A stretch of DNA of 64,000 nt from an uncultured Acidobacteriota bacterium (GTDB taxonomy: Bacteria; Acidobacteriota; Terriglobia; Terriglobales; Acidobacteriaceae). Shown in pieces: positions 8,665 to 18,166 of the stretch. Position 1 is the stretch's first letter. Every line of letters begins with the position of its first letter. The stretch lies in NCBI GenBank assembly GCA_963771195.1, contig CAVYSS010000020.1:43486-107485 (forward strand). The letters run 5' to 3'. The position numbers and the translations under genes were made by a program. A model generated the notes under the pieces. It saw nothing but the letters and a program-made list of their open reading frames with translations, was not told where the DNA came from and did not search any database.

Positions 8665-9570
8665 CTAAGCAAGCAGGAGTTGACTAACTGACCAAGGGGA
8701 CTCGGTGATTCCAGCTTCCATCGCAGGAGTAACGCGCAGCGACTTGTGAACCCTGCAAAAGTTGTAGAACGCGAACCAGAGTGCATAGGCTGATTCAAGG
8801 TTCTCCCATTTCTTGCTGAAACCATTTGTGAGCCGCGTCATGCGCCGCATCCCCATGCGGATTGAAAGGTTCTGGCGTTCAATGTGACTGGTGCAAATTC
8901 TGTCCCGGACTGGTCGCCCCATGATTTCGCATGGGACAGAATCCACGACCTCTGCGGGGCTGTACCGCTGCTCGCCTTCGCGGGGAGCGCCGTAGACCTT
9001 GATGAGCGTGGCGAAGTGAACGCGGTCGCGGAGAATCATCTTGACGGCGCTCACATAGGGCGGGAATCCATCGGTAGTCAATTGGAAACGGTTCGCGGAT
9101 GATGCAGCATAGGCCAGCTTGCCAATAAAAGCGTCTGTAGACTTCGCCGTGCGCTTGCCCAGGTGATAGGCCAGCACCAGCTTGGTGCTGCGCTCCATTG
9201 CAACAAAGCAATAGGCGTCGCCCAATTCGTCCCCGTGATCCGCCGTCTTGTGGCCCTCTTTCACTCCCACGTATCCCCAAATTTCGTCCGCTTCCACATC
9301 CTGCACGGGAACGCTCTTGATCTTTTCTTCCATGAGCCTTTGGCAACGTTCGCCAGCCAGGACGAGCAAGCGGAGGATCGTATCGCGGTGAACGCCAGTC
9401 ACGCGCTCAACACTGCGAACGCTCATGCCTTCCAAGAGCAGTTGGAGGATTTGGGTAGCGCGATCTACGGGCAGGCGCATCTCGTCCAGCGGACGCTCAT
9501 GCTCTTCTGTGTAGGTTTTTGCGGCATTGGGTGCAACGGAACCGCTGTAGGCCGTTTCTGTGCCTCCCAA
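8665..9570 (-). CDS. IS1-like DDE transposase with N-terminal HTH
   Basis: HTH-like LLEGMSVRSVERVTGVHRDTILRLL. DDE core (DEIWGYV..., TDGFPPY). C-terminal SHIERQNLSIRMGMRRMTRLTNGFSKKWENL resembles the IS1 InsB signature (IER.N...R....RL.R....FSK). Confidence 0.7.
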   Translation of the reverse strand: MGGTETAYSGSVAPNAAKTYTEEHERPLDEMRLPVDRATQILQLLLEGMSVRSVERVTGVHRDTILRLLVLAGERCQRLMEEKIKSVPVQDVEADEIWGYVGVKEGHKTADHGDELGDAYCFVAMERSTKLVLAYHLGKRTAKSTDAFIGKLAYAASSANRFQLTTDGFPPYVSAVKMILRDRVHFATLIKVYGAPREGEQRYSPAEVVDSVPCEIMGRPVRDRICTSHIERQNLSIRMGMRRMTRLTNGFSKKWENLESAYALWFAFYNFCRVHKSLRVTPAMEAGITESPWSVSQLLLA

Positions 9571-9937
9571 AGCGCTTGCAGGAGTTCTGGCAATAGTGGC
9601 AGGTCATGGCTTTTCCCTTGTTTTTTGGGAGGAAAAGCCTCAAACTAGTGACTGGAGTCTGAGTGTTGGGCTTGTCCCCGCGCTTGGATTTAGCTCCGTT
9701 CCCGGTACCAGCCGGGGGCGGAGCGCTTTAGTTCAAATGGTTAAGGCGGTGGGATAACCGTGATTTCAACGGTGGTTCCATCCGCAAAGTGAATGGTGAA
9801 AGTGATTTTCCGCATCGCTTTCAACCCTCCTTTCTAGGCCGGTGTTTCGGGGTGCAACCCGATACCGGCCTTCGATATTTAGAAGATAACTCCGATTACT
9901 CCTAAACGCAAGAGAATAATGTGAATAATTTTACCTC

Positions 9938-9966
9938 TTGTAATCTCCGATGCCTTGCGGTATTGT
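9938..9966 (+). promoter_or_regulatory. Sigma-70-like promoter candidate for the 9984 ORF
   Basis: TTGTAA (9938-9943), 17-nt spacer, TATTGT (9961-9966). GAGGTGAG follows, then ATG 9984. Confidence 0.3.
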
Positions 9967-9983
9967 GGTTTGCGAGGTGAGTT

Positions 9984-10685
9984 ATGGCACATCGAAGTCC
10001 CAATTGCCCCCAGATCACATTTCAAGAGGCCGCTGAAAAGGGGCGGAGGGTCTACACGAAAGAACGGCAGCACCCCGCCGCTAGGAAGGTGATCGCCGAA
10101 GACCTGGGGTATTCCAGTCTCAATGGCAGGTCGCTAACCCTCATTGGTGCATTACGTCAGTATGGGATTCTTGAGGGTTCGGGCGATACAACGCGGGTGA
10201 GTGATGACGCGGTTGCCTACTTTGTTCGAGACGACGGACCCGAAAAGAATGAAGCAATGAAGCGGATGATCTACAAACCCTCTCTGTTTGAGGAACTGAA
10301 GAACCAATTTGGCGATGCGCTCCCCAGCGAGGGCAATCTCAAGCACATTCTCGTTACCAAAGGGTTTTCTGAAGACAGCGCGGCTGACGTTATTCGCGTC
10401 TATAGGGCCAATTTGGAACTTGTTTCGGGGATTGTTGCAGGATATACTGAGCCTGAAGAGGAGCATCAGACCATGAGCACAGTGCCCGTTTCCATCCCCA
10501 ATTCAACGTCCGTTTCCCCTCAGCGGGTTGCGGCTGGCAATGGAGCTTGGAACTGGCCCCTTTCGGTGCCTCGCGGCGTCAACGCCCAATTGGTGCTAAC
10601 AGGCCAGTTCACGAAGGCCGACATTGCACGGCTGAAGAAGCAGATCGAATTCCTCGAAGAGTCTTTCGACGAACAGCCCGATTGA
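9984..10685 (+). CDS. Hypothetical protein (no family recognised)
   Basis: Clean 233-aa ORF with an SD-like GAGGTGAG, protein-like composition and a strong terminator downstream. I cannot place it in a family from memory. Confidence 0.6.
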   Translation: MAHRSPNCPQITFQEAAEKGRRVYTKERQHPAARKVIAEDLGYSSLNGRSLTLIGALRQYGILEGSGDTTRVSDDAVAYFVRDDGPEKNEAMKRMIYKPSLFEELKNQFGDALPSEGNLKHILVTKGFSEDSAADVIRVYRANLELVSGIVAGYTEPEEEHQTMSTVPVSIPNSTSVSPQRVAAGNGAWNWPLSVPRGVNAQLVLTGQFTKADIARLKKQIEFLEESFDEQPD

Positions 10686-10737
10686 CAGCGCTCTGTCCCT
10701 GTTTGCAGGTACCAAGGGCCTCCGCTGTCAGTCGGAA

Positions 10738-10770
10738 GAAGCCTCCCACGTCTGGGAGGCTTCGCTCTTT
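10738..10770 (+). terminator. Rho-independent terminator
   Basis: Perfect 11-bp stem GAAGCCTCCCA / TGGGAGGCTTC with 4-nt loop (10738-10763), followed by GCTCTTT. Confidence 0.7.
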
Positions 10771-11356
10771 AGGCGAGCAACGCACTCTTAGGACACTACC
10801 TATTTCGTCTGGGGAACCGAGCAGATCCTCGATGGTACGGGCGGAACAACAGGTTCAATTGTTAATTGCTCCGCGCAGGAAAGTCTCCAAGGACAGCTTG
10901 GCCCCGTTTCCACATTCACTTTCTTGCCAAATCCTCAGTATGCTCAGTTTGCGACGATAACCGTCCTCGGGTCTTTCACCACTCTGAACTCCGATGTGAT
11001 CGAAATGGTGTGCAACGCGACCGGGGACGTGGTAGGCACGGCCCCAGGCAGCACGCTGATGGCGATTCAGGTGAACTGACGGGGAGGAACGGAAAGTTTG
11101 GGGTGACCCGGCAGATTGACATCATTCAGGCGCAGGCTGTAATTGGGGACTGTCGGCCAAGGCTTCTACGACTGCCGTTTCCGTCGACACGACGCACATC
11201 AATGAGGTGCGCTGGTGATTTTGCGCTCAAGGACGGCGTTCCGGTCGAGTGACCGGCGATGCTTCCCTTTGCCAGATCTTTGCTTTTCCGTCCACCGGCC
11301 CGTGGGTACCAAGAGCGGAAGCTAAACCCATTCCGAATAGGTGTACAGTTTCGGGT

Positions 11357-11758
11357 ATGTTTCTACGCCTCGCTATTCTGCTCACGCTCGCTTCTGTGCA
11401 AGCACTGGCCAATGACATCTATCGCCAAAAGCCGTGCAAAACTCCTGAAGTCGCCTCAAGCTGTTTGCGCATCCATGGCAGACTTGCAGCTGGCAATGGC
11501 ACGCCCTCCACAAGGCTCTGGCAAATAGGAACTCAGCATATCTATGGCATTTACAGCAACCGATACGGCTTCACCCACGATAGCCTAACTCTTGACAATG
11601 AGGCTCCCGAACTCCATTTCACTTTTCCCAAACCCGAACAGGGTGGATGGACCGTCTACGGAGACTTCGAGGTCTGCCCTTTAGAGCCTCTTGTACAGGG
11701 CCATATGCAAGCTGCCTGCATCGCAAGCGCGACCCATGTCGTCGTGCCGAAGCAATAA
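11357..11758 (+). CDS. Secreted hypothetical protein
   Basis: ORF 11249..11758 trimmed to MFLRLAILLTLASVQALA (signal peptide). Mature part is Cys-containing with no recognisable motif. Confidence 0.55.
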   Translation: MFLRLAILLTLASVQALANDIYRQKPCKTPEVASSCLRIHGRLAAGNGTPSTRLWQIGTQHIYGIYSNRYGFTHDSLTLDNEAPELHFTFPKPEQGGWTVYGDFEVCPLEPLVQGHMQAACIASATHVVVPKQ

Positions 11759-12311
11759 GCCATATGCGTTCCCTGAGGGTATTCCGGGCGAATTACTGGC
11801 TAATCGGAAGTTACTCGATTTTTGTATTAGTCCCCGCGAACGCCGTTCGATCCATGAAATGCGCCGCTGCCGTTTCGCGGACGCCCGCTCATCGCGCGGA
11901 TCCTTCCCCTTCGGTCCCCTCAGGGTCAGGAGCCATGAACTTGGCACAGCTCCAAGAGCTGATTTTGTGATCGGTGAGAGGGCTGGCTGCCGCTTGGTGG
12001 TTGAATGAGCGGTGTCGCTTCCCACCCTGACCGCAAAAACGCGGTTAAGATGGGGCACCCGGCAAGGTGCACCCCTGGGCATAGAGCGCTCGTGGGTGGT
12101 TTCCTTCGCCCCTACGGGGCTCCCGATTCAATAACTGCCGATACCCCGGATTCTGGTCCTTGGCCGCCCAGGCGGCCACGGACTCCATCCGGGGCTAACT
12201 TCCTGCTACCCCTCCGGGGTGCTTTGCCGCTGCGCGGATGCGTGGCGGGTTCTCGCGCAGGGGCTAAAGTCCGGGCGTTGTGGTTGGCGAGTGGGCCGGG
12301 TGCCTGCACTC

Positions 12312-13622
12312 TCAGGTCCTGCGCCGCGTTTGCCATGCCATGAATGCTGCGTTCAGCACCGTCAGGCCCGCCAGCACGTAAAGGCCGGCGCTGGAGGAGT
12401 GGAAGTGCTGGTCGGCCCAGACTTTCACGTTGGGGGCTAGGAACCCGCCGAGGTTGCCAACGCCGATAAGCGCAATGCCTCCGGCGGCGGCGCGGTCGGC
12501 AAAATACGCCGTGGGAAAGGTCCAGAACAGCGGCTGCACGGCGATGAATCCCGAGACCGCGATGGAGAGCATTACCAGGCCCCAGAGCGGACCGCAGAGC
12601 GGAAACGCGAAGCTGGCTGCACCGGCGATGAGCAGGGTGAGGATGGCTAGCAGGCGATGGTTTTGGAACTCGTCGCCGAGGCGCGGCAGGATGTAAGTGG
12701 CGGCCAGGGCGCAGAGCCAGGGGATGGCGGAGACCGCGCCCACCTCGAAACCCTCGGGCTGGTGCAGCAGGCTGGAAATTTCGGCGGGCAGGTAGAAGAC
12801 GGCGCCATAGGTGCTCATCTGGATGAGGGCGTAGACGGCGAAGAAGCCGAAGACGCGGCCGTCGCGGAGCATGGCACCGAGCTTGGCGGGGCCGGTGGCG
12901 CGGCGGGCGGACTCTTCTTTCGTCAGCTCGGCGAGGAGCGCGTGCTTTTCGTCCTCGGGGAGCCACTTGGCGTCCGCCGGGCGATTGCCGAGGAACCAGA
13001 AGGCGAAGACGCCGAGCACCGCGGCCAGTGCGCCTTCCACCAGGAACATGATTTGCCAGCCTTGAAGTTTGCCGGGTAGCGCCGAGTCGAGGAGGAATCC
13101 TGAGAGCGGGCCGCCGACGATGAGCGCGAGGGGCACGCCGAGATAAAACAGGCCCAGCATTTGCCCGCGGACGCGCCGGGGAAACCAGTAAGTGAGGTAA
13201 AGAATGATGCCGGGGAAAAAGCCCGCCTCAGTTGCGCCGAGCAGCAGGCGCAAGACGTAAAACGACGTGCTGCCGCTGACGAACATGGTGGCCATGGAGA
13301 CCAGTCCCCAGGTGACCATGAGGAAGGCGATCCAGATTTTGGCGCCGATGCGGTGCAGGATGAGGTTGCTGGGAAAGCCGCAGGACGAGTAGCCGATGAA
13401 GAAGAGGCCCGCGCCCATGGCGTAGGCGCTTTCGGTGATGCCCTCGGTTGCGGCCAGGGCCTGCTTGGCAAAGCTGACGTTGGCGCGGTCAAGGAAGGAG
13501 ACCACGTACATGAGCATGAGCCAGGGCGCGAGGCGGACCATGACGCGCGTCAGCGACCGCTCCAACAGCTCGCCTTGGGCGGGTGTGGTTGCCGCGCGAT
13601 CGAGGGGCGTTATTTTCGGCAT
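12312..13622 (-). CDS. MFS transporter (anion:cation symporter-like; tartrate/galactonate/hexuronate type)
   Basis: 436 aa with about 12 TM segments. N-terminal FLDRANVSFA and GLFFIGY motifs typical of the ACS subfamily. Confidence 0.88.
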   Translation of the reverse strand: MPKITPLDRAATTPAQGELLERSLTRVMVRLAPWLMLMYVVSFLDRANVSFAKQALAATEGITESAYAMGAGLFFIGYSSCGFPSNLILHRIGAKIWIAFLMVTWGLVSMATMFVSGSTSFYVLRLLLGATEAGFFPGIILYLTYWFPRRVRGQMLGLFYLGVPLALIVGGPLSGFLLDSALPGKLQGWQIMFLVEGALAAVLGVFAFWFLGNRPADAKWLPEDEKHALLAELTKEESARRATGPAKLGAMLRDGRVFGFFAVYALIQMSTYGAVFYLPAEISSLLHQPEGFEVGAVSAIPWLCALAATYILPRLGDEFQNHRLLAILTLLIAGAASFAFPLCGPLWGLVMLSIAVSGFIAVQPLFWTFPTAYFADRAAAGGIALIGVGNLGGFLAPNVKVWADQHFHSSSAGLYVLAGLTVLNAAFMAWQTRRRT

Positions 13623-13738
13623 GGAAGGCGCGGGCCGTTGCGCCTGCGGAACAGGCTACGGGCCGGGCGTGAGGGAAGTCAACGCGCTGCGGCCCGTTGT
13701 GACGAGGAGATGAGGCCCGATTGCGGATACGGGCCGGC

Positions 13739-14308
13739 TTACGCCTTGATGAATTGCATTTCGAGGGTGATCTGAACTTCTTCGCCGACGAGAAAGCCGC
13801 CTGTCTCAAGCGCCGCGTTCCAACTCAGGCCGAAGTCTTTGCGATTGATTTTGGTGGTGGCGGAGAGGCCGATGCGGGTGTTGCCCCAGGGATCCTTGCC
13901 GGGCGCGGTGGGACCATCGACGGCAAACGTAACTTGCCTGGAGACGCCGTGGATGGTCACGTCGCCGGTTACGGCGTATTCGCCTTCACCCTTCTTCTCC
14001 ACCTTCGTCGACGTGAAGGTCATGGTGGGATGCTGCTCGTGGTGGAAGAAGTCGGCGCTCTTGAGGTGGGCGTCGCGCTGAGGGTCGCCGGTGTTGATGG
14101 TGCCGATGTCGACCGATGCCTCAATGTGGCTGCGGGTGGGGTCGGCGGTGTCCTCAATCAGGGTTCCGCTCAGGCCGCTGAACGTGCCCTTCACGTTGGA
14201 GATCATCATGTGCTTGACCTTGAACTCGGCGCTGGAGTGGGCGGGATCGAGCTTCCAGGTGACGGTGGACTGGGCAGGAGCTTGCGGGGAATTGGTGGTT
14301 GTGGCCAT
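13739..14308 (-). CDS. YceI-family polyisoprenoid-binding protein
   Basis: WKLDPAHSSAEFKVKHMMISNVKGTFSG...GDPQRDAHLKSADFF...VTIHGVSRQVTF are canonical YceI-like motifs. Confidence 0.9.
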   Translation of the reverse strand: MATTTNSPQAPAQSTVTWKLDPAHSSAEFKVKHMMISNVKGTFSGLSGTLIEDTADPTRSHIEASVDIGTINTGDPQRDAHLKSADFFHHEQHPTMTFTSTKVEKKGEGEYAVTGDVTIHGVSRQVTFAVDGPTAPGKDPWGNTRIGLSATTKINRKDFGLSWNAALETGGFLVGEEVQITLEMQFIKA

Positions 14309-14401
14309 GGGTTGGCCTCCTTTCGTTTTCTTGGATGCGGGAGGACGATATTCGTTGCAACAAGTATTTTGGCCCAGGTGTGTTTCAGATCTAAAGGTGT
14401 T

Positions 14402-15517
14402 TTACTCGCCGCCTTGTTTAACGAACAGCCGCGCCGCCAGCAGGATGGCCGCGCAGCCCATCACGGTGAGGATCGTGGCGTCGCGCCACAGGTCGGCGAA
14501 TCCGGCGCCGCGCAGGATGAGGCCGCGCAGGATGCGGATGTAATAGGTTGCCGGGATGAGCCGGCTGATGACCTGGAAGATGGGCGGCATGTTCTCGATG
14601 AGGAAGATGTAGCCGGAGAGAAACACTGACGGCAGGATGGTTCCCATGGCGAGCTGAAAGGCCTCGGCCTGGGTGCGCGCGCGGGTGGAGATGACGAGGC
14701 CGATGCCAAGCACTGTGAGCAGAAACGGCAGCGAGAGGACCAGCAAAACGATCACGCTGCCATGAATCGGGACCAGGAAGACCCAGCGCATCACGATGAG
14801 GATGGCGCAGAGCTCGCCGAATGCCAGCACGCCGTAGGGAATCATTTTGCCGAGCATCAATCCCAGCGGGGCCACCGGCGTCATGGTCAGTTGTTCCAGG
14901 GTGCCGCGCTCGCGCTCGCGCACCAGGCTCAGCGCGATCATGAGGATGGTCATGACCTGGAGCAGGATTCCGACGAGGCCGGGGACGAAGAAATTTGCCG
15001 AGCGCGTGGCCGGGTTGTAGAGCACGGAAGGCCGCACGTCTATGGGAATTTGGCCATCGGGGAGCACTTGCGCCAGCGATTCCTGCAGGGCAACGCCGGT
15101 GGCGGTGCTGACCGCCTGCGCGGCAACCGTGGAGTCGGAGCCATCGACCAGCACCAGCACCGTGGCCGTGTCACCGTCCTGGAGGCTGCGCGCGTAATCG
15201 GGCGGGATGCGCACGCCCACGCGCGCCTTGCCGCTGCGGATGGCATCGTAGAGCGCGTCCTTTGACTCGACGATCCCGCGCACGGCAAACACATCGGACG
15301 CCTCAAAGCGCTGCACCAGTTGGCGGCTATCCTGCGTCTGCGACTCGTCGAGAACGACGGTGGCGATCTGGCGGATGTTGGTGTCCACGGCAAAGCCGAA
15401 CAGGAACAGTTGCAGCATGGGGATGAGCAGGGCGAAGAACAGCGTGCCTGGATCGCGCACGATGTGCAGCGCCTCTTTGCGGCAAACCGGAACCAGACCG
15501 CGGAACAGGTGCTTCAT
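14402..15517 (-). CDS. ABC-2 type transporter permease (YbhR/YhhJ-like)
   Basis: 371 aa. N-terminal [24 protein letters not shown], a large periplasmic loop, then 5 C-terminal TM segments. 4-nt overlap with the ATPase gene. Confidence 0.9.
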   Translation of the reverse strand: MKHLFRGLVPVCRKEALHIVRDPGTLFFALLIPMLQLFLFGFAVDTNIRQIATVVLDESQTQDSRQLVQRFEASDVFAVRGIVESKDALYDAIRSGKARVGVRIPPDYARSLQDGDTATVLVLVDGSDSTVAAQAVSTATGVALQESLAQVLPDGQIPIDVRPSVLYNPATRSANFFVPGLVGILLQVMTILMIALSLVRERERGTLEQLTMTPVAPLGLMLGKMIPYGVLAFGELCAILIVMRWVFLVPIHGSVIVLLVLSLPFLLTVLGIGLVISTRARTQAEAFQLAMGTILPSVFLSGYIFLIENMPPIFQVISRLIPATYYIRILRGLILRGAGFADLWRDATILTVMGCAAILLAARLFVKQGGE

Positions 15518-16443
15518 GGCGCGGCCTCCATGATCCGGTAAGTCAGGGTGACGAAGACGTCTTCAAGCGAAGGCTTGATCGGCTCGATTGGCACCCCGGG
15601 GAATGCCTGTTTGATTTCGGGCAGGCGCGCGGTCTCCAAAAGCGCATGGATGAACTGGCCGAAGACGGTGGCCTCGCGCACGCCGGCCATGCGCCGCAGC
15701 GGCTCCAGCAGCGCCGGTGCATTGGCTGCGGCAATCTGCACCCGCGATGTCCCCGGCGGGTTGGCTTCCGGCAGCCGTTGCAGTTCGGCCACCGTGCCCA
15801 GCGCAACCAGGTTCGACAAATAGATGTAGCCAACGCGTCCGCAGCGCTCGGCTTCATCCATGTAATGGGTGGTGACGAAGAACGTGACGCCCTCGCCGGA
15901 GAGGCGGAAAAACAGGTCCCACAACGCCCGGCGCGCTACCGGGTCGATGCCCGCCGTGGGTTCGTCGAGGAACACCACTTCAGGCGAGTGGATGATGGCG
16001 CAGGCCAGCGCCAGCCGCTGCTTCCAGCCACCACTGAGCTGGCCGGCGCGCCGATTCAGGTAGTGCTCGATGCCGGTCAGCGCAAGGACCTCTCGCTTGC
16101 GCTCTTCGGCACGCGCGCCCTTGATGCCGTACACGCCGGCGTAGAAGGCAATGTTCTCGCCTACGGTCAGATCCTCGTACAAGCCGAACTTCTGGCTCAT
16201 GTAGCCGACGTGGCGCTTGATTTCGGCGGCGTCGTGGCGGATATCCATGCCCAGGATGGTTCCGCTGCCTGAGGATGGAACCAGCAGGCCGCATAGCGCT
16301 TTGATCAGGGTTGTCTTTCCCGAGCCGTTGGGGCCAAGGAAACCGAAAATCTCTCCCTTTGCCACGGCAAGGCTGACCTGGTTCACGGCCGTGAACGAGC
16401 CGAAACGAATGGTCAGTTGATCTGCCGTAATCGCCGCTGCCAT
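15514..16443 (-). CDS. ABC transporter ATP-binding protein
   Basis: Walker [10 protein letters not shown], signature [12 protein letters not shown], Walker [14 protein letters not shown]. Confidence 0.95.
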   Translation of the reverse strand: MAAAITADQLTIRFGSFTAVNQVSLAVAKGEIFGFLGPNGSGKTTLIKALCGLLVPSSGSGTILGMDIRHDAAEIKRHVGYMSQKFGLYEDLTVGENIAFYAGVYGIKGARAEERKREVLALTGIEHYLNRRAGQLSGGWKQRLALACAIIHSPEVVFLDEPTAGIDPVARRALWDLFFRLSGEGVTFFVTTHYMDEAERCGRVGYIYLSNLVALGTVAELQRLPEANPPGTSRVQIAAANAPALLEPLRRMAGVREATVFGQFIHALLETARLPEIKQAFPGVPIEPIKPSLEDVFVTLTYRIMEAAP

Positions 16444-16511
16444 ACCCGCCCGTCCCGCCGTGAATCGTGGTTCGTGATCCGTGAACTGCGAACTACGAAC
16501 TGTGAACTGCT

Positions 16512-17639
16512 TTACTGGAGCCGCACCACCGCGGACATGCCGGACTTGAGCAGGCCTCCAGCGTTGTCCACATACACCTTTACCCCGAAGACTTCATGCT
16601 CGCGGTCGTCGCGCGTTTGCACGTTGCGGGGCAGGAATTCGGCCTGGGAGGAGATCTGCTGGACAGATCCGATGAAACTCCGGCCCAGCGAGTCGACCCG
16701 CACCACCGCGCTCTGGCCCACCCGTACCCGCGCCAGGTCCGTTTCCGGCACGTAAATCCTGACCCAGAGCTGGGAGACCTCGAGCATCGACAACACAATG
16801 CGGCCGGCGGGAACCAGGTCACCGGGGCGCACGCTGACGACCTCGACTACGGCGTCGGCGGGCGCAGTCAACTCCGCCTCGCGCAGATCGGCATCCAGTT
16901 GCGACCCCTGCGCCTCGGCCTCGCCCAGCCGCGCGCGCGCGGCATCGATGTCCTCGCGGCGAGAGCCTTTGACCTCCAGAACTCGCGCCGCCTCGGCCTG
17001 GCGGTAGCGATCCTCGGCGGCGCGCAAGTCTTCGGCACGCGTGCCGGCCTGGAGCAGCGCCAGATGCTGCCGCGCGGATTCCGCCTTCTGCCGGGCGGCG
17101 TCGCGCTTGTCGCGCGCGTCGTCAAACTGCTGCCGCGAGATGGTGTCGGTCTGGATCAGCTTGTCCATGCGGGAGTAAAAGGATTGCGCATCGGCAGCGT
17201 CGGCCTGGGCGGCGGCGTAATCGGCTTTAGCTTGCCGCAACTCCTGCGGGCGCGGGCCATTGCGCGCTTCGTCCAGAGCCGCTTTGGCCGCCGCGGCTTG
17301 CGCCGTTGCCTGCGCAATCTCCTCCGGACGGTTGCCACGGAGCATTCGGTCCAGGTTGGCGCGAGCTTCCAATACGGACGCGGCGGCCTGCGCCCGGCTG
17401 GCCTTTAGCGCATCGCACTCAAAGCGCACCAGCACGGCGCTGGCCTTCACCGTCTGCCCCTCTTCGACGAAAACATCAGTCACCCGGCCGCCGATCCGAG
17501 AGCCGACATGGATTTCGCGCGTCTCGATGGTGCCCGAGTACTGGTTCCTGGCGCGGCCGGCGATGACCGTGTGCACCAGCCACAGCATGAGAATCAGCAG
17601 CAGGACTCCCACGCCGATCGCGATCGCTCGCCGCCTCAT
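16512..17639 (-). CDS. HlyD-family membrane fusion protein
   Basis: N-terminal TM helix, lipoyl-like hairpin ([24 protein letters not shown]), long Ala/Arg-rich coiled coil, and a beta-barrel C-terminus ([14 protein letters not shown]). Confidence 0.9.
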   Translation of the reverse strand: MRRRAIAIGVGVLLLILMLWLVHTVIAGRARNQYSGTIETREIHVGSRIGGRVTDVFVEEGQTVKASAVLVRFECDALKASRAQAAASVLEARANLDRMLRGNRPEEIAQATAQAAAAKAALDEARNGPRPQELRQAKADYAAAQADAADAQSFYSRMDKLIQTDTISRQQFDDARDKRDAARQKAESARQHLALLQAGTRAEDLRAAEDRYRQAEAARVLEVKGSRREDIDAARARLGEAEAQGSQLDADLREAELTAPADAVVEVVSVRPGDLVPAGRIVLSMLEVSQLWVRIYVPETDLARVRVGQSAVVRVDSLGRSFIGSVQQISSQAEFLPRNVQTRDDREHEVFGVKVYVDNAGGLLKSGMSAVVRLQ

Positions 17640-17908
17640 TTCACCCTCTCAAATGACCTTACGGACGGGATGTTCTTGAGGTTACGCAGCAGCAATGGCT
17701 GCGCTAGTGACGGAGCGCACATCGGGCAGACGCATGCGGCTGCGTAGAATCCGTGGGCCTTCTTTGTGAGTGTGGAAGCGGTAGCGAAATCGGCCCGGAA
17801 GATGGGGCCGTCGGCTCAACGACCCAGGCGACGAAGACCTATCGCCTGGGGCCCCGCGCAGGCCGCTAGAACGACCTGCGGGCCGTTTAACGCGAAGGAG
17901 GTGAGGAC

Positions 17909-18013
17909 ATGGATGAGAAATCATCCTGGATGCGGGTTGCAATAACGGTCGCCATTGACTGGCGGTTCATTACGGCTCTCGTTGTCCTCGTCCTGGCGCT
18001 ACTGCTGAAGTAG
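17909..18013 (+). CDS. Candidate 34-aa membrane micro-protein
   Basis: ATG 17909 preceded by GAAGGAGGTGAGG. MDEKSSWMRVAITVAIDWRFITALVVLVLALLLK. Followed by an imperfect CCCCGGGAGG/CCTTCCGGGG hairpin. Too short for the ORF track. Confidence 0.3.
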   Translation: MDEKSSWMRVAITVAIDWRFITALVVLVLALLLK

Positions 18014-18166
18014 CCAAAACCCCCGGGAGGAAACACCCCTTCCGGGGACAAATCAAGTATAGCGCCGTGGTGCAAGTGCCTGCACATAGAATCGGTTGCG
18101 AATCCCGTCCCTTCTTCCACAATTGGGACGCTCCGGCTCGGCCTATCCTGATACCAGACCCGCTCC

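Noticed and set aside
10866-11252. 128-aa plus-strand ORF, plus 10547..10960
   Set aside because: Arg-rich nonsense composition. One overlaps the terminator of the 9984 gene. The more protein-like frame here (10792..11079) is reported separately as a remnant.
12112-12966. 284-aa Arg/Pro-rich minus-strand ORF, plus 12923..13492
   Set aside because: Out-of-frame overlaps of the MFS transporter gene. The MFS frame has the expected 12-TM pattern.
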